Below are positions 49,730-59,252 of a DNA stretch of 64,000 bases, one piece after another. The DNA comes from an uncultured virus (IMG/VR IMGVR_UViG_3300012936_000007) (taxonomy: Duplodnaviria; Heunggongvirae; Uroviricota; Caudoviricetes). Both the position numbers and the translations under genes were made by a program. Where the stretch lies: the IMG/VR virus record IMGVR_UViG_3300012936_000007; one strand, given 5' to 3'. Below the pieces are notes generated by a model. The model did no database searches and had not been told where the DNA came from. It saw only the letters and a list, made by a program, of their open reading frames with translations. How positions within the stretch are numbered: the first letter of the stretch is position 1; every line of letters starts with the position of its first letter.

Positions 49730-50636
49730 AGAAACAGTAAGGAATTTTAGACCAGTTCTTGCAAAATCTGTTGCTCCTAGTTGGTGGAAAAAGGCAAAAG
49801 TTGCTGAAGTAGTAAATGGTATAGTTGCAAAAACTATTAGGTCTTGTCCTGCAATGCAAGATTGGTTATCTTCAGGTTATCTAATACTCGCAAATAGAGA
49901 CATATATGTAAGAAATGGTGTAACACCTGAAGATTCAAATACAAGATTTTTCCATACCGAAGATACTGTATTGGACGAAATGGAAACTTATGCATCTGCA
50001 ACACACCCAACTATACAAATGCATGATGCATTCTCGTATATGTCTACAAGTGATGCACCAGTAAAAGATGCATTTAAAATGTCTAATCCTTGGAACATAA
50101 CTACACCACCAGGCTATTCGTGTTTTTATCTAGACCCATTCTTATTTCAAAATGATTACTTTGCAACATGGCAAGGTATTATTGATACAGATAAATTCAA
50201 TGTAAACAAAGATAACTCTCAGATTATCTTTTATCCTAAAGTGAATCATTCGTTTGTTATTAAGAAAGGAACACCTATATGTCAGGTAATTCCTTATCAA
50301 AGAGAAGAGTGGGTCGCAACATATACAGTAAAAGACCACAAATCATATATCACCAATCTATCCGAATACACTACAGAAAGAGAAGACGGTCATAAGACTA
50401 TGGCAGAATTATCTAGAACAGGACTTGCAGATGAATTGCATAAGGCAGGGCCATATAAAAGAGGAAGAAGGTGGCAACCTAAACATAAAGATTTTAAAGA
50501 GGATTTAGAAGGGTGTCCATTCGACCCTAAAACAGGTAAATTAAAACCTGAGTTTCAACAAGAAATGGAAAAAAACTTTAAAGAAGAACAATTAAAAAGA
50601 ACAGACTTAAATTGGGACGGACAAGATGGCAGTTAG
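49698..50636 (+). CDS. conserved phage hypothetical protein found with oxygenase clusters (DUF6065-like)
   Basis: TIRSCPAMQD....GY, NPW.ITTPPGYS, GIIDTD, IKKGTPI.QVIP. Confidence 0.6.
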   Translation: MPTIDFHTYDKETVRNFRPVLAKSVAPSWWKKAKVAEVVNGIVAKTIRSCPAMQDWLSSGYLILANRDIYVRNGVTPEDSNTRFFHTEDTVLDEMETYASATHPTIQMHDAFSYMSTSDAPVKDAFKMSNPWNITTPPGYSCFYLDPFLFQNDYFATWQGIIDTDKFNVNKDNSQIIFYPKVNHSFVIKKGTPICQVIPYQREEWVATYTVKDHKSYITNLSEYTTEREDGHKTMAELSRTGLADELHKAGPYKRGRRWQPKHKDFKEDLEGCPFDPKTGKLKPEFQQEMEKNFKEEQLKRTDLNWDGQDGS

Positions 50637-51330
50637 ATTATTATTCCCAACCCCTATTTTTCATAGAAACTTTACGCAAGAAAATCTTTCAGACGATAGA
50701 GGATTTGATAAAGATTATTGTTTAATGTTAAGAGATGAAATGGATGCGATGCGAAGAAGAGACCCAGTGGGTAGACAACTTTCAAATCAATATACAGGTT
50801 GGCAGTCAAATGACGGGTGTGAGTCTAATCCTACTTTTCAAAAATGTATGAATAGAATCATAACATTTTTTAATGATGAAACATTACCTTATCATGGATT
50901 AGACCCTAGTGTTTGTAGAATGGAAATAACAAATTCATGGGCAAACATTAATGACAATGGTGCTTGGAATGCACCACATTTACACAATGGGTGTTGGTAT
51001 AGTGGTGTTTTTTATATACACGCAGAAGGCGATGAAGGACGTATTTCATTTCTTGATACACACCAAAAGGTTGCAGCTGATTTTCCTAACAGTCCTAGAA
51101 CCCCAACTTCATATCCTTTTACACCTTTAACGGGTGAGTGTATACTATTTCCAAGTGGTTTAATGCATATGGTTGAACCAAATCCTACAAATAAAGAAAG
51201 ATATAGTATATCATTCAATACTATTATAGATTATCAAGGTTTAATGGAATCAAGAAATGGTCAAGTAGAAGACTATAATGAAAATGAATTTTTATTTGAT
51301 TTAGATATTAAAGGAAACCCAATCAGATAG
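50626..51330 (+). CDS. 2OG-Fe(II) oxygenase (TIGR02466-like)
   Basis: LFPTPI, GWQS, SWANIN..G..N.PH.H, SGVFY, LFPS.L.H.V.PN, RYSISFN. Confidence 0.85.
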   Translation: MAVRLLFPTPIFHRNFTQENLSDDRGFDKDYCLMLRDEMDAMRRRDPVGRQLSNQYTGWQSNDGCESNPTFQKCMNRIITFFNDETLPYHGLDPSVCRMEITNSWANINDNGAWNAPHLHNGCWYSGVFYIHAEGDEGRISFLDTHQKVAADFPNSPRTPTSYPFTPLTGECILFPSGLMHMVEPNPTNKERYSISFNTIIDYQGLMESRNGQVEDYNENEFLFDLDIKGNPIR

Positions 51331-51338
51331 TCTAATTC

Positions 51339-51346
51339 TCTAAATA
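51339..51346 (+). promoter_or_regulatory. late promoter variant
   Basis: TCTAAATA upstream of ATG 51352. Confidence 0.55.
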
Positions 51347-51351
51347 GTATT

Positions 51352-51612
51352 ATGGAAATTGTAGTAGACGCTCATATCATTTGGAATGTAATTCTAACTT
51401 TAGTTTTAGGCCCGTTAGGGTTTCTAGTCAGAAACTTACTAGCGGAACAACAAAGACTATCTATTTTAATTAACAGAACTAGAGAAGAAGTTGCTAAAGA
51501 TTACGTCACTAGAGAACAAATTGAGAAAGATTTCCAAAGATTAATCGATACTATTGAAAGAATAGACGAAAAAATAGATAGACTCCAATCTAAGACTTAC
51601 TTCCAAGAATAG
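51352..51612 (+). CDS. small membrane protein (one TM plus coiled coil)
   Basis: IIWNVILTLVLGPLGFLV; TREEVAKDYVT...R..EKID. Confidence 0.65.
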   Translation: MEIVVDAHIIWNVILTLVLGPLGFLVRNLLAEQQRLSILINRTREEVAKDYVTREQIEKDFQRLIDTIERIDEKIDRLQSKTYFQE

Positions 51613-51624
51613 GTTCCCAAATGG

Positions 51625-51632
51625 TATAAATA
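51625..51632 (+). promoter_or_regulatory. T4 late promoter
   Basis: TATAAATA upstream of gp13. Confidence 0.8.
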
Positions 51633-51666
51633 GTAGTAGTTAAGATTATTACTACTGGAAACTATT

Positions 51667-52482
51667 ATGGCAGCACCTAATTCAAAAGCAACATTTAAAG
51701 AATACATCAAACGAGCATTAGGTCATCCTGTTGTTGAAATCAATATAGATGACGACCAATTAGACGATAGAGTCGATGAAGCACTGCAATATTTCCGTGA
51801 GTTTCACTACGATGGTTCAGTTAAATGTTATTTAAAACACAAAATTACGCAAACTGAGATAGATTCATTTAAGACAAATGAAACACACTCAGCTGCAACA
51901 ACTGGAACGCAAGCAATCGCAAACCAAACTTACGAGGAAGGTAAGAATTATATAACACTTCCTGAACACGTTCTTTCAGTTATTAACATATTCCCATTCC
52001 ATTCGGGAACCCAATCAAATATGTTTGATATTCAATATCAACTAAGGTTAAACGACTTGTGGGATTTAACTTCTACAAGTGTTTTATATTACCACCAAGT
52101 GCAATCTCATCTCGCACTTCTAAATCAAATGTTGGTCGGTCAAGTACCCATAAGATATAATATGCACTCTAATAGATTGTATATTGACTATAATGCAGAG
52201 AAACTATCTGCAAATGAGTACATTATTATTGAATGTTATAGAAAGATAGACCCAAATGATATGACAGATGTCTATAACGATATGTGGTTGAAAAAATATG
52301 CAACTGCAAAAGTTAAATATCAATGGGGTGAAAATTTATCAAAATTCCAAGGTATCGCATTACCAGGCGGAGTGACACTTGATTCTGAACGTATGAAGAC
52401 TGAAGCACAAGAAGAAATCACAAAACTAGAGGAAGAATCAAGGTTAAATTACGAAATGCCTGTTATGGACATGATGGGGTAA
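51667..52482 (+). CDS. gp13: neck protein gp13
   Basis: LG.PVVEINIDDDQ..DR.DEALQYF...HYDG; WLKKYATA..K.QWG.NL.KF.G..LPGGV. Confidence 0.95.
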   Translation: MAAPNSKATFKEYIKRALGHPVVEINIDDDQLDDRVDEALQYFREFHYDGSVKCYLKHKITQTEIDSFKTNETHSAATTGTQAIANQTYEEGKNYITLPEHVLSVINIFPFHSGTQSNMFDIQYQLRLNDLWDLTSTSVLYYHQVQSHLALLNQMLVGQVPIRYNMHSNRLYIDYNAEKLSANEYIIIECYRKIDPNDMTDVYNDMWLKKYATAKVKYQWGENLSKFQGIALPGGVTLDSERMKTEAQEEITKLEEESRLNYEMPVMDMMG

Positions 52483-52486
52483 GGTT

Positions 52487-53344
52487 ATGCCTACTAACGT
52501 ATTTTTCAACCACGCAGTTAACACCGAACAACACCTATACGAGGATTTAGTTGTTGAGTCTCTACGAATGTATGGACATGAGACTTATTATTTACCAAGA
52601 CAAATAATAGAAGAAGACACGATTCTAAATGAAGATGTCCAGTCCAAATTTGGTGATGCATATTCAGTTGAAATGTATATTGAAAATGTAGAAGGGTATG
52701 AGGGTGAAGGTGACTTAATGTCTAAGTTTGGTGTCTCAGTTCGTGACACTGCAACCTTTGTAATATCACTAAGAAGTTGGGAAAGATTTATATCCTTAGA
52801 CGGAAACCTTGCAACCTCACTTAGACCTAATGAAGGTGATTTAATACACTTACCACTTTCAGGTTCTATGTTTGAAATTAAATTCGTAGAACATGAGAAT
52901 CCTTTTTATCAGGTTGGTAAATTATTTGTATTTAAACTTCAGTGTGAATTGTTTGAATACTCAGGAGAAGATTTCGATACTAATGTTACTGATATTGACC
53001 TTATCGAAGACGAACAAGCATATCATATTGATATGACAATGGCTGCAGGTGGTTCAGGAAATTATGTTGCAAACGAGAATGTTACATTGAATAGTGTAGT
53101 GGTTGGAGAAGTTATTTCTTGGAACCCAACAACTAGACAACTTAAAATTAGAGATAACACTAAGACACTTGTGGTCGGAGATGTACTTGTTGGTGCAGAC
53201 GGAAATGCATCGCATACAATCGCAAGTATTGTTGACGTAATGACTATGAGTAACGATGGAGCTGCAGATAACTTAGACTTTGAACAGAAAGCAGATAATT
53301 ACTTAGACTTCTCAGAAACAAACCCATTCGGTGAGGTAACATAA
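52487..53344 (+). CDS. gp14: neck protein gp14
   Basis: EQ.L.EDLV.ESL..YG...YYLPR, EMY, RPNEGDLI, VEHE.PFYQ.GK, DFSE.NPFG. Confidence 0.95.
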   Translation: MPTNVFFNHAVNTEQHLYEDLVVESLRMYGHETYYLPRQIIEEDTILNEDVQSKFGDAYSVEMYIENVEGYEGEGDLMSKFGVSVRDTATFVISLRSWERFISLDGNLATSLRPNEGDLIHLPLSGSMFEIKFVEHENPFYQVGKLFVFKLQCELFEYSGEDFDTNVTDIDLIEDEQAYHIDMTMAAGGSGNYVANENVTLNSVVVGEVISWNPTTRQLKIRDNTKTLVVGDVLVGADGNASHTIASIVDVMTMSNDGAADNLDFEQKADNYLDFSETNPFGEVT

Positions 53345-53559
53345 TGGTAGAAAAAATAATTTCAGAAGTAATTGGTTGCGACCAAAACTCAATAAAAGAC
53401 GATTCTCATTTAGTAAATGATTTGGGTGCAGACTCACTTAATATTGTTGAACTTGTTATGCAATTAGAAGAAGAGTATGATATAGAAATCTATGACGAAG
53501 ATGCAGAGACACTTCATACAGTTAAACAAGTAAAAGATTATATAGAGGCGAATGCATAA
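53344..53559 (+). CDS. acpP: acyl carrier protein
   Basis: DLGADSL phosphopantetheine motif; VELVM.LEEE.DIEI.DEDAE...TV. Confidence 0.92.
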   Translation: MVEKIISEVIGCDQNSIKDDSHLVNDLGADSLNIVELVMQLEEEYDIEIYDEDAETLHTVKQVKDYIEANA

Positions 53560-54608
53560 TGTTTGGAACTCATTTTTATCACGAAACTATTAAAAGAAGT
53601 GTATCTATCTTTGGTACACTGTTTAATAATATCACGATTAAAAAAACAAAGGCAGACGGAACTGTTCTTGCACAACAGATAGTTCCTATATCATATGGGC
53701 CTAAAGCAAAATGGTTAGCAAGATTAAACGAAGAACCAAATCTAAGTGATAATAATAGGAGTGCAATCAGTCTACCTAGACTTGCATTCGAAATTACGGG
53801 ATTCACATATGATGCAGATAGACAACAAAACAAACTAATCCGAACAGAAAAAGGTGGATTAAACGCAGACAAATCTAATCGGGGATTCCAGTATGCACCA
53901 GCGCCTTACACAATAAGTTTTACACTAAGTGTTCTTGCAAAACAAGCTAATGACGGACTTCAAATTGTAGAACAGATACTTCCATATTTCCAACCTGAAT
54001 ATACAGTCACCATGAAAATGATTGACGATATGAGTGAAGTTAGAGACGTACCAATTACACTTACAGGTGTAGAAATGACAGACACTTATGAAGGAGACTT
54101 TACAGAAAGAAGAGTTATAGAACATACACTTACATTCGATATGAAAATATACTTCTTCGGCCCAATATACAATGGTAAGATTATCAAGAATGTTATCGAA
54201 AGAACATATGTTAATCCTAGTGTTACTAAAGGATTCTCAACCACGCAGATAGATGAATCGGGTCTTGTTAAAGAAGTTAAACACTATGAACCTGCATTCG
54301 GTGAGGTTGCAAACGTGGTTAATAATTCTGCAAATGTAACTTTTGATACTGCAATAAATAGTTCTATAAGTGTTGGGGACGAAGTGTTCGATACAGGTAA
54401 TTCAACGAATCCAACAATTAGTGCGATTGGTAGTGATAAGAAGTCAATAACATTATCAGCTGCAATCACACTTGGAAGGAAAACTACACTTAAATTTGTA
54501 GGTTCAGTAGACCCTGAAGATACATTCGTAGTTGCAGAAACAGTGAATTTCTATGATGACGGAACGGGTAAAACATACTCAGACAATAAGACAGAAGATG
54601 CGAGTTAA
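53559..54608 (+). CDS. gp15: tail sheath stabiliser / terminator gp15
   Basis: FYHETI......FGTLFNNI, VP.SYGPK.K, LPR..FE, QIVEQILPYFQP. Confidence 0.95.
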   Translation: MFGTHFYHETIKRSVSIFGTLFNNITIKKTKADGTVLAQQIVPISYGPKAKWLARLNEEPNLSDNNRSAISLPRLAFEITGFTYDADRQQNKLIRTEKGGLNADKSNRGFQYAPAPYTISFTLSVLAKQANDGLQIVEQILPYFQPEYTVTMKMIDDMSEVRDVPITLTGVEMTDTYEGDFTERRVIEHTLTFDMKIYFFGPIYNGKIIKNVIERTYVNPSVTKGFSTTQIDESGLVKEVKHYEPAFGEVANVVNNSANVTFDTAINSSISVGDEVFDTGNSTNPTISAIGSDKKSITLSAAITLGRKTTLKFVGSVDPEDTFVVAETVNFYDDGTGKTYSDNKTEDAS

Positions 54609-54611
54609 ATT

Positions 54612-55007
54612 ATGGCAAAAGATATTGATTCTAAATTGGATGAAATCCTAGATATTTCTACCGATATTCAAAAAGAAACCAAAGTAGTTAAATTACCTGC
54701 TCGTGCAGAGTCGGTGGATAACGACTACAAATATGGTCGTGAGACTCTCTACAATCTCGTAGAAAGAGGACAAGATGCAATAGACGGTATCCTAGACCTA
54801 TGCAAAGAAACAGAACACCCACGTGCCTACGAGGTTGCAGGACAACTAATAAAAACAGTAGGTGATACTGCAGAAAAACTTTTAGACCTACAAAAGAAAG
54901 TAAAAGACTTAGAAAACGAAAACCCTAATTTGAGGTCACAAACAAATAATTTATATGTGGGTTCAACTTCAGAACTACAAAAGTTTTTGAAGAAAAATAA
55001 AGACTAA
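54612..55007 (+). CDS. gp16: terminase small subunit gp16
   Basis: DY.Y.R..LY.LVE.GQ.AI, HPRAYEVAGQLIK, NNLYVGST.ELQK. Confidence 0.95.
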   Translation: MAKDIDSKLDEILDISTDIQKETKVVKLPARAESVDNDYKYGRETLYNLVERGQDAIDGILDLCKETEHPRAYEVAGQLIKTVGDTAEKLLDLQKKVKDLENENPNLRSQTNNLYVGSTSELQKFLKKNKD

Positions 55008-56599
55008 TGACAGAAGCTAAAAATGACGGGTATCTAGGTAATACCCTAATCAAAAAGGCTGGAGTAGAAGTTCAGTATACCGAAGAACAGTTGAAAGAAT
55101 ACGTCAAGTGTTCAGAAGACCCTATACACTTTATTGAAAACTACACGCAGATTATCTCACTAGACGAAGGTATGATTCCATTTAAACTTCGTGGGTATCA
55201 GGATAAACTAATAAAACACTTCAATGAGAATAGATTTAACGTAGTTCTTGCGAGTAGACAGTCGGGTAAATCAATCACTTCTTGTGCATATTTAATATGG
55301 TACTTACTATTTCACCCTGAAGTTACTGTTGCTATACTTGCAAACAAAGGTGCAATCGCAAGAGAAATGGTCGCCCGTATCGTAACGATGTTGGAGTCTG
55401 TTCCATTCTTTTTACAGCCTGGAGTCAAGATTCTAAACAAAGGTAACATAGAATTTGCGAATGATAGTAAACTGGTTGCAGCTGCCACGTCTTCAAGTTC
55501 GATTCGTGGACTTTCAATCAATTTACTATACTTGGACGAGTTTGCATTCGTAGAAAATGCAGAAGAATTCTATACTGCGACATATCCCGTTATCACTTCA
55601 GGTAAACAATCTAAGGTTATTATTACTTCTACTGCGAACGGTGTTGGTAATATGTTCTATAAGATATATGAATCTGCAGTTCATGAACAATCAGAGTATC
55701 GTTCTTTTACAATTAATTGGGACGATGTGCCAGGCAGAGACGAAGAGTGGAAGAAACAGACCATTGCAAACACTTCAGAAACACAATTTGAACAAGAGTA
55801 TGGTAACTCATTCTTAGGAACAGGTAATACACTTATCAGTTCTAACTGTTTATTGGGTATGAGAGCATTAGATGCAGAATGGGGTAAGGAAGACTTTTCC
55901 ATGTATAAACAACCTGAAGAGGGTCATACCTACGTTTGCACGGTGGACGTTGCAAAAGGAAGAGGTATGGACTATTCTACATTTACTATATTTGATACTT
56001 CAGTACAACCATTTCAACAAGTCGCAACATATAGGAATAGTCTGATAAGTCCTATGTTGTTACCTGATATTATAAACAAATATGCGACTGCATATAATAA
56101 TGCATTAGTAATTATTGAGAATAATGCAGAAGGAGCTATGGTTGCAACACAACTACACTTCGACATAGAGTATGATAATGTTTTTGTTCAAGGACAAACC
56201 AAAACAGAAGATATTGGTGTAACCATGAATAAAAAGATAAAAAGGATAGGGTGTTCTACTCTAAAAGAGTTGTTAGAGGAAAATAGACTGGTTTTATGTG
56301 ATAGGAACACCATTACTGAGCTGATGACATTCATAAATAAAGGTATGTCGTTTGAAGCGGCAAAAGGGTATCACGATGACCTAGTAATGAATTGTGTATT
56401 GTTTAGTTGGTTTGTTACAACGGAATATTTTCACCACTTAACAAATCATCAGATAAAAGACCTTTTATACGCAGAACAACAAAAGTTAATAGAAAATGAC
56501 CTACTACCTGCAGGTATCTTTGGTGCAAGTAACAAAACACCCGAAGCTACTTCCTTTGTAGACGATGAAGGAGATAGGTGGTATGTCGAAGGAAACTAA
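55007..56599 (+). CDS. gp17: terminase large subunit gp17
   Basis: SRQSGKS Walker A, LYLDEFAFV Walker B, DVA.G.G.DYS, HDDLVM. Confidence 0.97.
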   Translation: MTEAKNDGYLGNTLIKKAGVEVQYTEEQLKEYVKCSEDPIHFIENYTQIISLDEGMIPFKLRGYQDKLIKHFNENRFNVVLASRQSGKSITSCAYLIWYLLFHPEVTVAILANKGAIAREMVARIVTMLESVPFFLQPGVKILNKGNIEFANDSKLVAAATSSSSIRGLSINLLYLDEFAFVENAEEFYTATYPVITSGKQSKVIITSTANGVGNMFYKIYESAVHEQSEYRSFTINWDDVPGRDEEWKKQTIANTSETQFEQEYGNSFLGTGNTLISSNCLLGMRALDAEWGKEDFSMYKQPEEGHTYVCTVDVAKGRGMDYSTFTIFDTSVQPFQQVATYRNSLISPMLLPDIINKYATAYNNALVIIENNAEGAMVATQLHFDIEYDNVFVQGQTKTEDIGVTMNKKIKRIGCSTLKELLEENRLVLCDRNTITELMTFINKGMSFEAAKGYHDDLVMNCVLFSWFVTTEYFHHLTNHQIKDLLYAEQQKLIENDLLPAGIFGASNKTPEATSFVDDEGDRWYVEGN

Positions 56600-56645
56600 A
56601 TAAAAGAAGAGAAATGTAATATAGTGTTGTTAGATACTGTATTGT

Positions 56646-56653
56646 TATAAATA
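56646..56653 (+). promoter_or_regulatory. T4 late promoter
   Basis: TATAAATA upstream of gp18. Confidence 0.8.
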
Positions 56654-56694
56654 AAACAGTAAACAATAACTTTTTACATTAACAGGAGAAAAGT

Positions 56695-58686
56695 ATGGCA
56701 TTTCAAGTATCACCAGGCGTACAGGTCAACGAGATAGACCTTACAAATGTTGTCCCAGCAGTTGCAACAACTACTGGTGCATTCGCTGGTTCATTTCAAT
56801 GGGGCCCTGTTGATGAAGTAAAGACAGTTTCAGATTCAAAAAGTTTGGTAGATTGTTTCGGAGAACCTGCTAATTCAGATGCAGGTGCAGAAGACTTCTA
56901 CTCAGCAGAATCTTTCTTAAAGTATGGTTCATCATTAAGAGTCGTAAGAATTAACTCTACGGGGTTATTCAATGCGAACGCAAGTGGACACGCATCCACA
57001 TTGTTAAAACACAACGATGACTACGTTAATACATTTAAGGCAGGTGCTCAAGCAGGAACTGTTGGAAAATTCATTGCAAAATATGCTGGGTCTAAAGGTA
57101 ATTCACTACAAGTTCAAACTTGTGCTAGTTCAAACGCATATTTCAATGATGAAGTAACTACAGCAGGTGCAGCTGAAGCAGTGGGTCAAACAACCATTAC
57201 AGTGGCAGCGTCAAACGTATTCACAATCAGAGATATAATTAAATTCGAAGGACATGACACTGAGTATAGAGTGTTAACTGCTCCTAGTGGAACAACTATT
57301 ACTATCGAAGCATTAGACCAACCTGCAGGAACAGGATTAACAAATGCAGTTGCAAACGGTGCTAAAATCGACAGATATTGGGAACATTATGGTTTGTTCA
57401 ATAAAGCTCCAGGCAAATCAGGAACAGCAACAGCTGCTGGTGGTTCCGATGACGAAATTCACGTTGTAGTTGTAGACGAAGACGGTGTTATCTCAGGAAC
57501 AGCACACACTGTATTAGAAACATACGGTCACTTATCATGTGCCTCAGACGGTAAAGATGGGTTCGGTGCAACAAATTACTACAAAGATGTACTCGCAAAC
57601 AAATCAGAGTGGGTATATTGGTCAGGTCATTCAACAGGAACACACGCAAGTGCAACTGCTGAGACAACACACGCAGGTTCAGCTTCAACTGCATTTGGAA
57701 GACCTTCAAGTCCTGAAGTTTCATCACTAAGTGGTGGTGCAAATGGAAGAACTGCTACTGCAGGTCAAAAACAAACTGCATGGTCAGACCATTTCGAAGA
57801 TGCAAGTTCAATCGATATATCTTTCCTAATCGTTGGTTCAACAAGAACTGATAACGGTTCAGGAGTAGACCAAGACATTCTTGCAGATTGGACAACACAA
57901 GTAAACCAAGCAATCTTACTCGCAGAGAAGAGAAAGGATTGTATGGTTATCGCAAGTCCAAGACGTGCATCATGTGTCAATGTATCTTCAGAATCAACAC
58001 AAACAACTAACGTATTAGCAGATTTTGCTACTGCATCTTCTTCAAGTTTTGCAGTGTTTGACTCAACATGGGTCTATCAATACGACAGATTTAACGACAA
58101 GTACTGTTGGATTCCTGCAAATGCTCACACAGCAGGTATCATGGCAAGAAGTGACTTACAGAGAGATGCATGGGTTTCCCCTGCAGGTTTCACTAGAGGT
58201 CAATACTTAGGTATCACTAAACTTGCTTACAATCCAAAACAGGGTTCAAGAGATGACTTGTATCGTGCAAGAGTTAACCCAGTGGTTACATTCCCTGGCC
58301 AAGGGACAATACTATTTGGTGACAAAACTGCACTAACATCACCTTCTGCATTCGATAGAATTAATGTAAGAAGATTGTTCATAGTCCTAGAGAAAGCAAT
58401 ATCAACTGCCGCTCAAGCGCAACTCTTTGAATACAACGATGCATTCACAAGAGCACAATTCAGAGCTGCGATAGAACCTTTCCTAAGAGACGTGAAAAAT
58501 AGAAGGGGTCTAACAGACTTCTCAGTGGTTTGTGACGAAACAAACAACACTGATTCAGTCATGGACAGAAACGAGTTTGTATGTTCAATCTTCGTTAAAC
58601 CTTCACGTTCAATTAACTATATAACTTTGAACTTTGTTGCTGCTAGAAGTGGTGTTCAGTTCGAAGAGATTTATAACGCAGTTTAA
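56695..58686 (+). CDS. gp18: tail sheath protein gp18
   Basis: SPGV.V.EIDLT, F.WGP, W.SPAG..RG, AFDRINVRRLF, KP.RSINYI.LNFVA. Confidence 0.97.
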   Translation: MAFQVSPGVQVNEIDLTNVVPAVATTTGAFAGSFQWGPVDEVKTVSDSKSLVDCFGEPANSDAGAEDFYSAESFLKYGSSLRVVRINSTGLFNANASGHASTLLKHNDDYVNTFKAGAQAGTVGKFIAKYAGSKGNSLQVQTCASSNAYFNDEVTTAGAAEAVGQTTITVAASNVFTIRDIIKFEGHDTEYRVLTAPSGTTITIEALDQPAGTGLTNAVANGAKIDRYWEHYGLFNKAPGKSGTATAAGGSDDEIHVVVVDEDGVISGTAHTVLETYGHLSCASDGKDGFGATNYYKDVLANKSEWVYWSGHSTGTHASATAETTHAGSASTAFGRPSSPEVSSLSGGANGRTATAGQKQTAWSDHFEDASSIDISFLIVGSTRTDNGSGVDQDILADWTTQVNQAILLAEKRKDCMVIASPRRASCVNVSSESTQTTNVLADFATASSSSFAVFDSTWVYQYDRFNDKYCWIPANAHTAGIMARSDLQRDAWVSPAGFTRGQYLGITKLAYNPKQGSRDDLYRARVNPVVTFPGQGTILFGDKTALTSPSAFDRINVRRLFIVLEKAISTAAQAQLFEYNDAFTRAQFRAAIEPFLRDVKNRRGLTDFSVVCDETNNTDSVMDRNEFVCSIFVKPSRSINYITLNFVAARSGVQFEEIYNAV

Positions 58687-58700
58687 CAGGAGTAAGATAA

Positions 58701-59198
58701 ATGTCAAGCATAGACCAATTTAAAGCACAACTAATAGGTGGTGGCCCAAGGGCAAACAGATTTAGAATCTTTCTACCTCGTGCTGGAAACAAAATCGAAT
58801 TCCTTGCAAAAGGGTCTCAAATACCTGCTGCTACTTTAGGTGAAACACCAGTACCTTACAAAGGTATGATATTAAAACTTGCTGGTGAAAGAACCTATGA
58901 CGATTGGACTGTTACAATTATCAATGATAATGAATTCAGTGCCAGAACTGCATTAGAACAGTGGCAACAAGAAATACAAGGTCATGGTGTTTCAACAGGT
59001 ATGGCAACAACAGACTACTTATTAAGTAGAGGTTTTGTAGAACAGTTAGGTAAAGACGACTCAGTCCTTGCGAGATACGAATTCTTCAACTGCTTCCCTA
59101 AATCAATCGGTTCAATCGCATTAAGTTACGAAACTGAAAACGTTTTAGAAGAGTTTGAAGCGACATTCTCATACTCGCATTGGGAAAGAGTCATTTAA
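58701..59198 (+). CDS. gp19: tail tube protein gp19
   Basis: GG.RANRF, AG.RT.DDWTVTIIND, P..IG.I.L.Y, EEF..TF.Y..W. Confidence 0.93.
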   Translation: MSSIDQFKAQLIGGGPRANRFRIFLPRAGNKIEFLAKGSQIPAATLGETPVPYKGMILKLAGERTYDDWTVTIINDNEFSARTALEQWQQEIQGHGVSTGMATTDYLLSRGFVEQLGKDDSVLARYEFFNCFPKSIGSIALSYETENVLEEFEATFSYSHWERVI

Positions 59199-59239
59199 GT
59201 TCTTTAGAAAGAACAGTGAATAAGACTATGATTAGGTCT

Positions 59240-59247
59240 TATAAATA
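59240..59247 (+). promoter_or_regulatory. T4 late promoter
   Basis: TATAAATA upstream of gp20; preceded by a TAAGAC/GTCTTA hairpin. Confidence 0.8.
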
Positions 59248-59252
59248 ATAGT

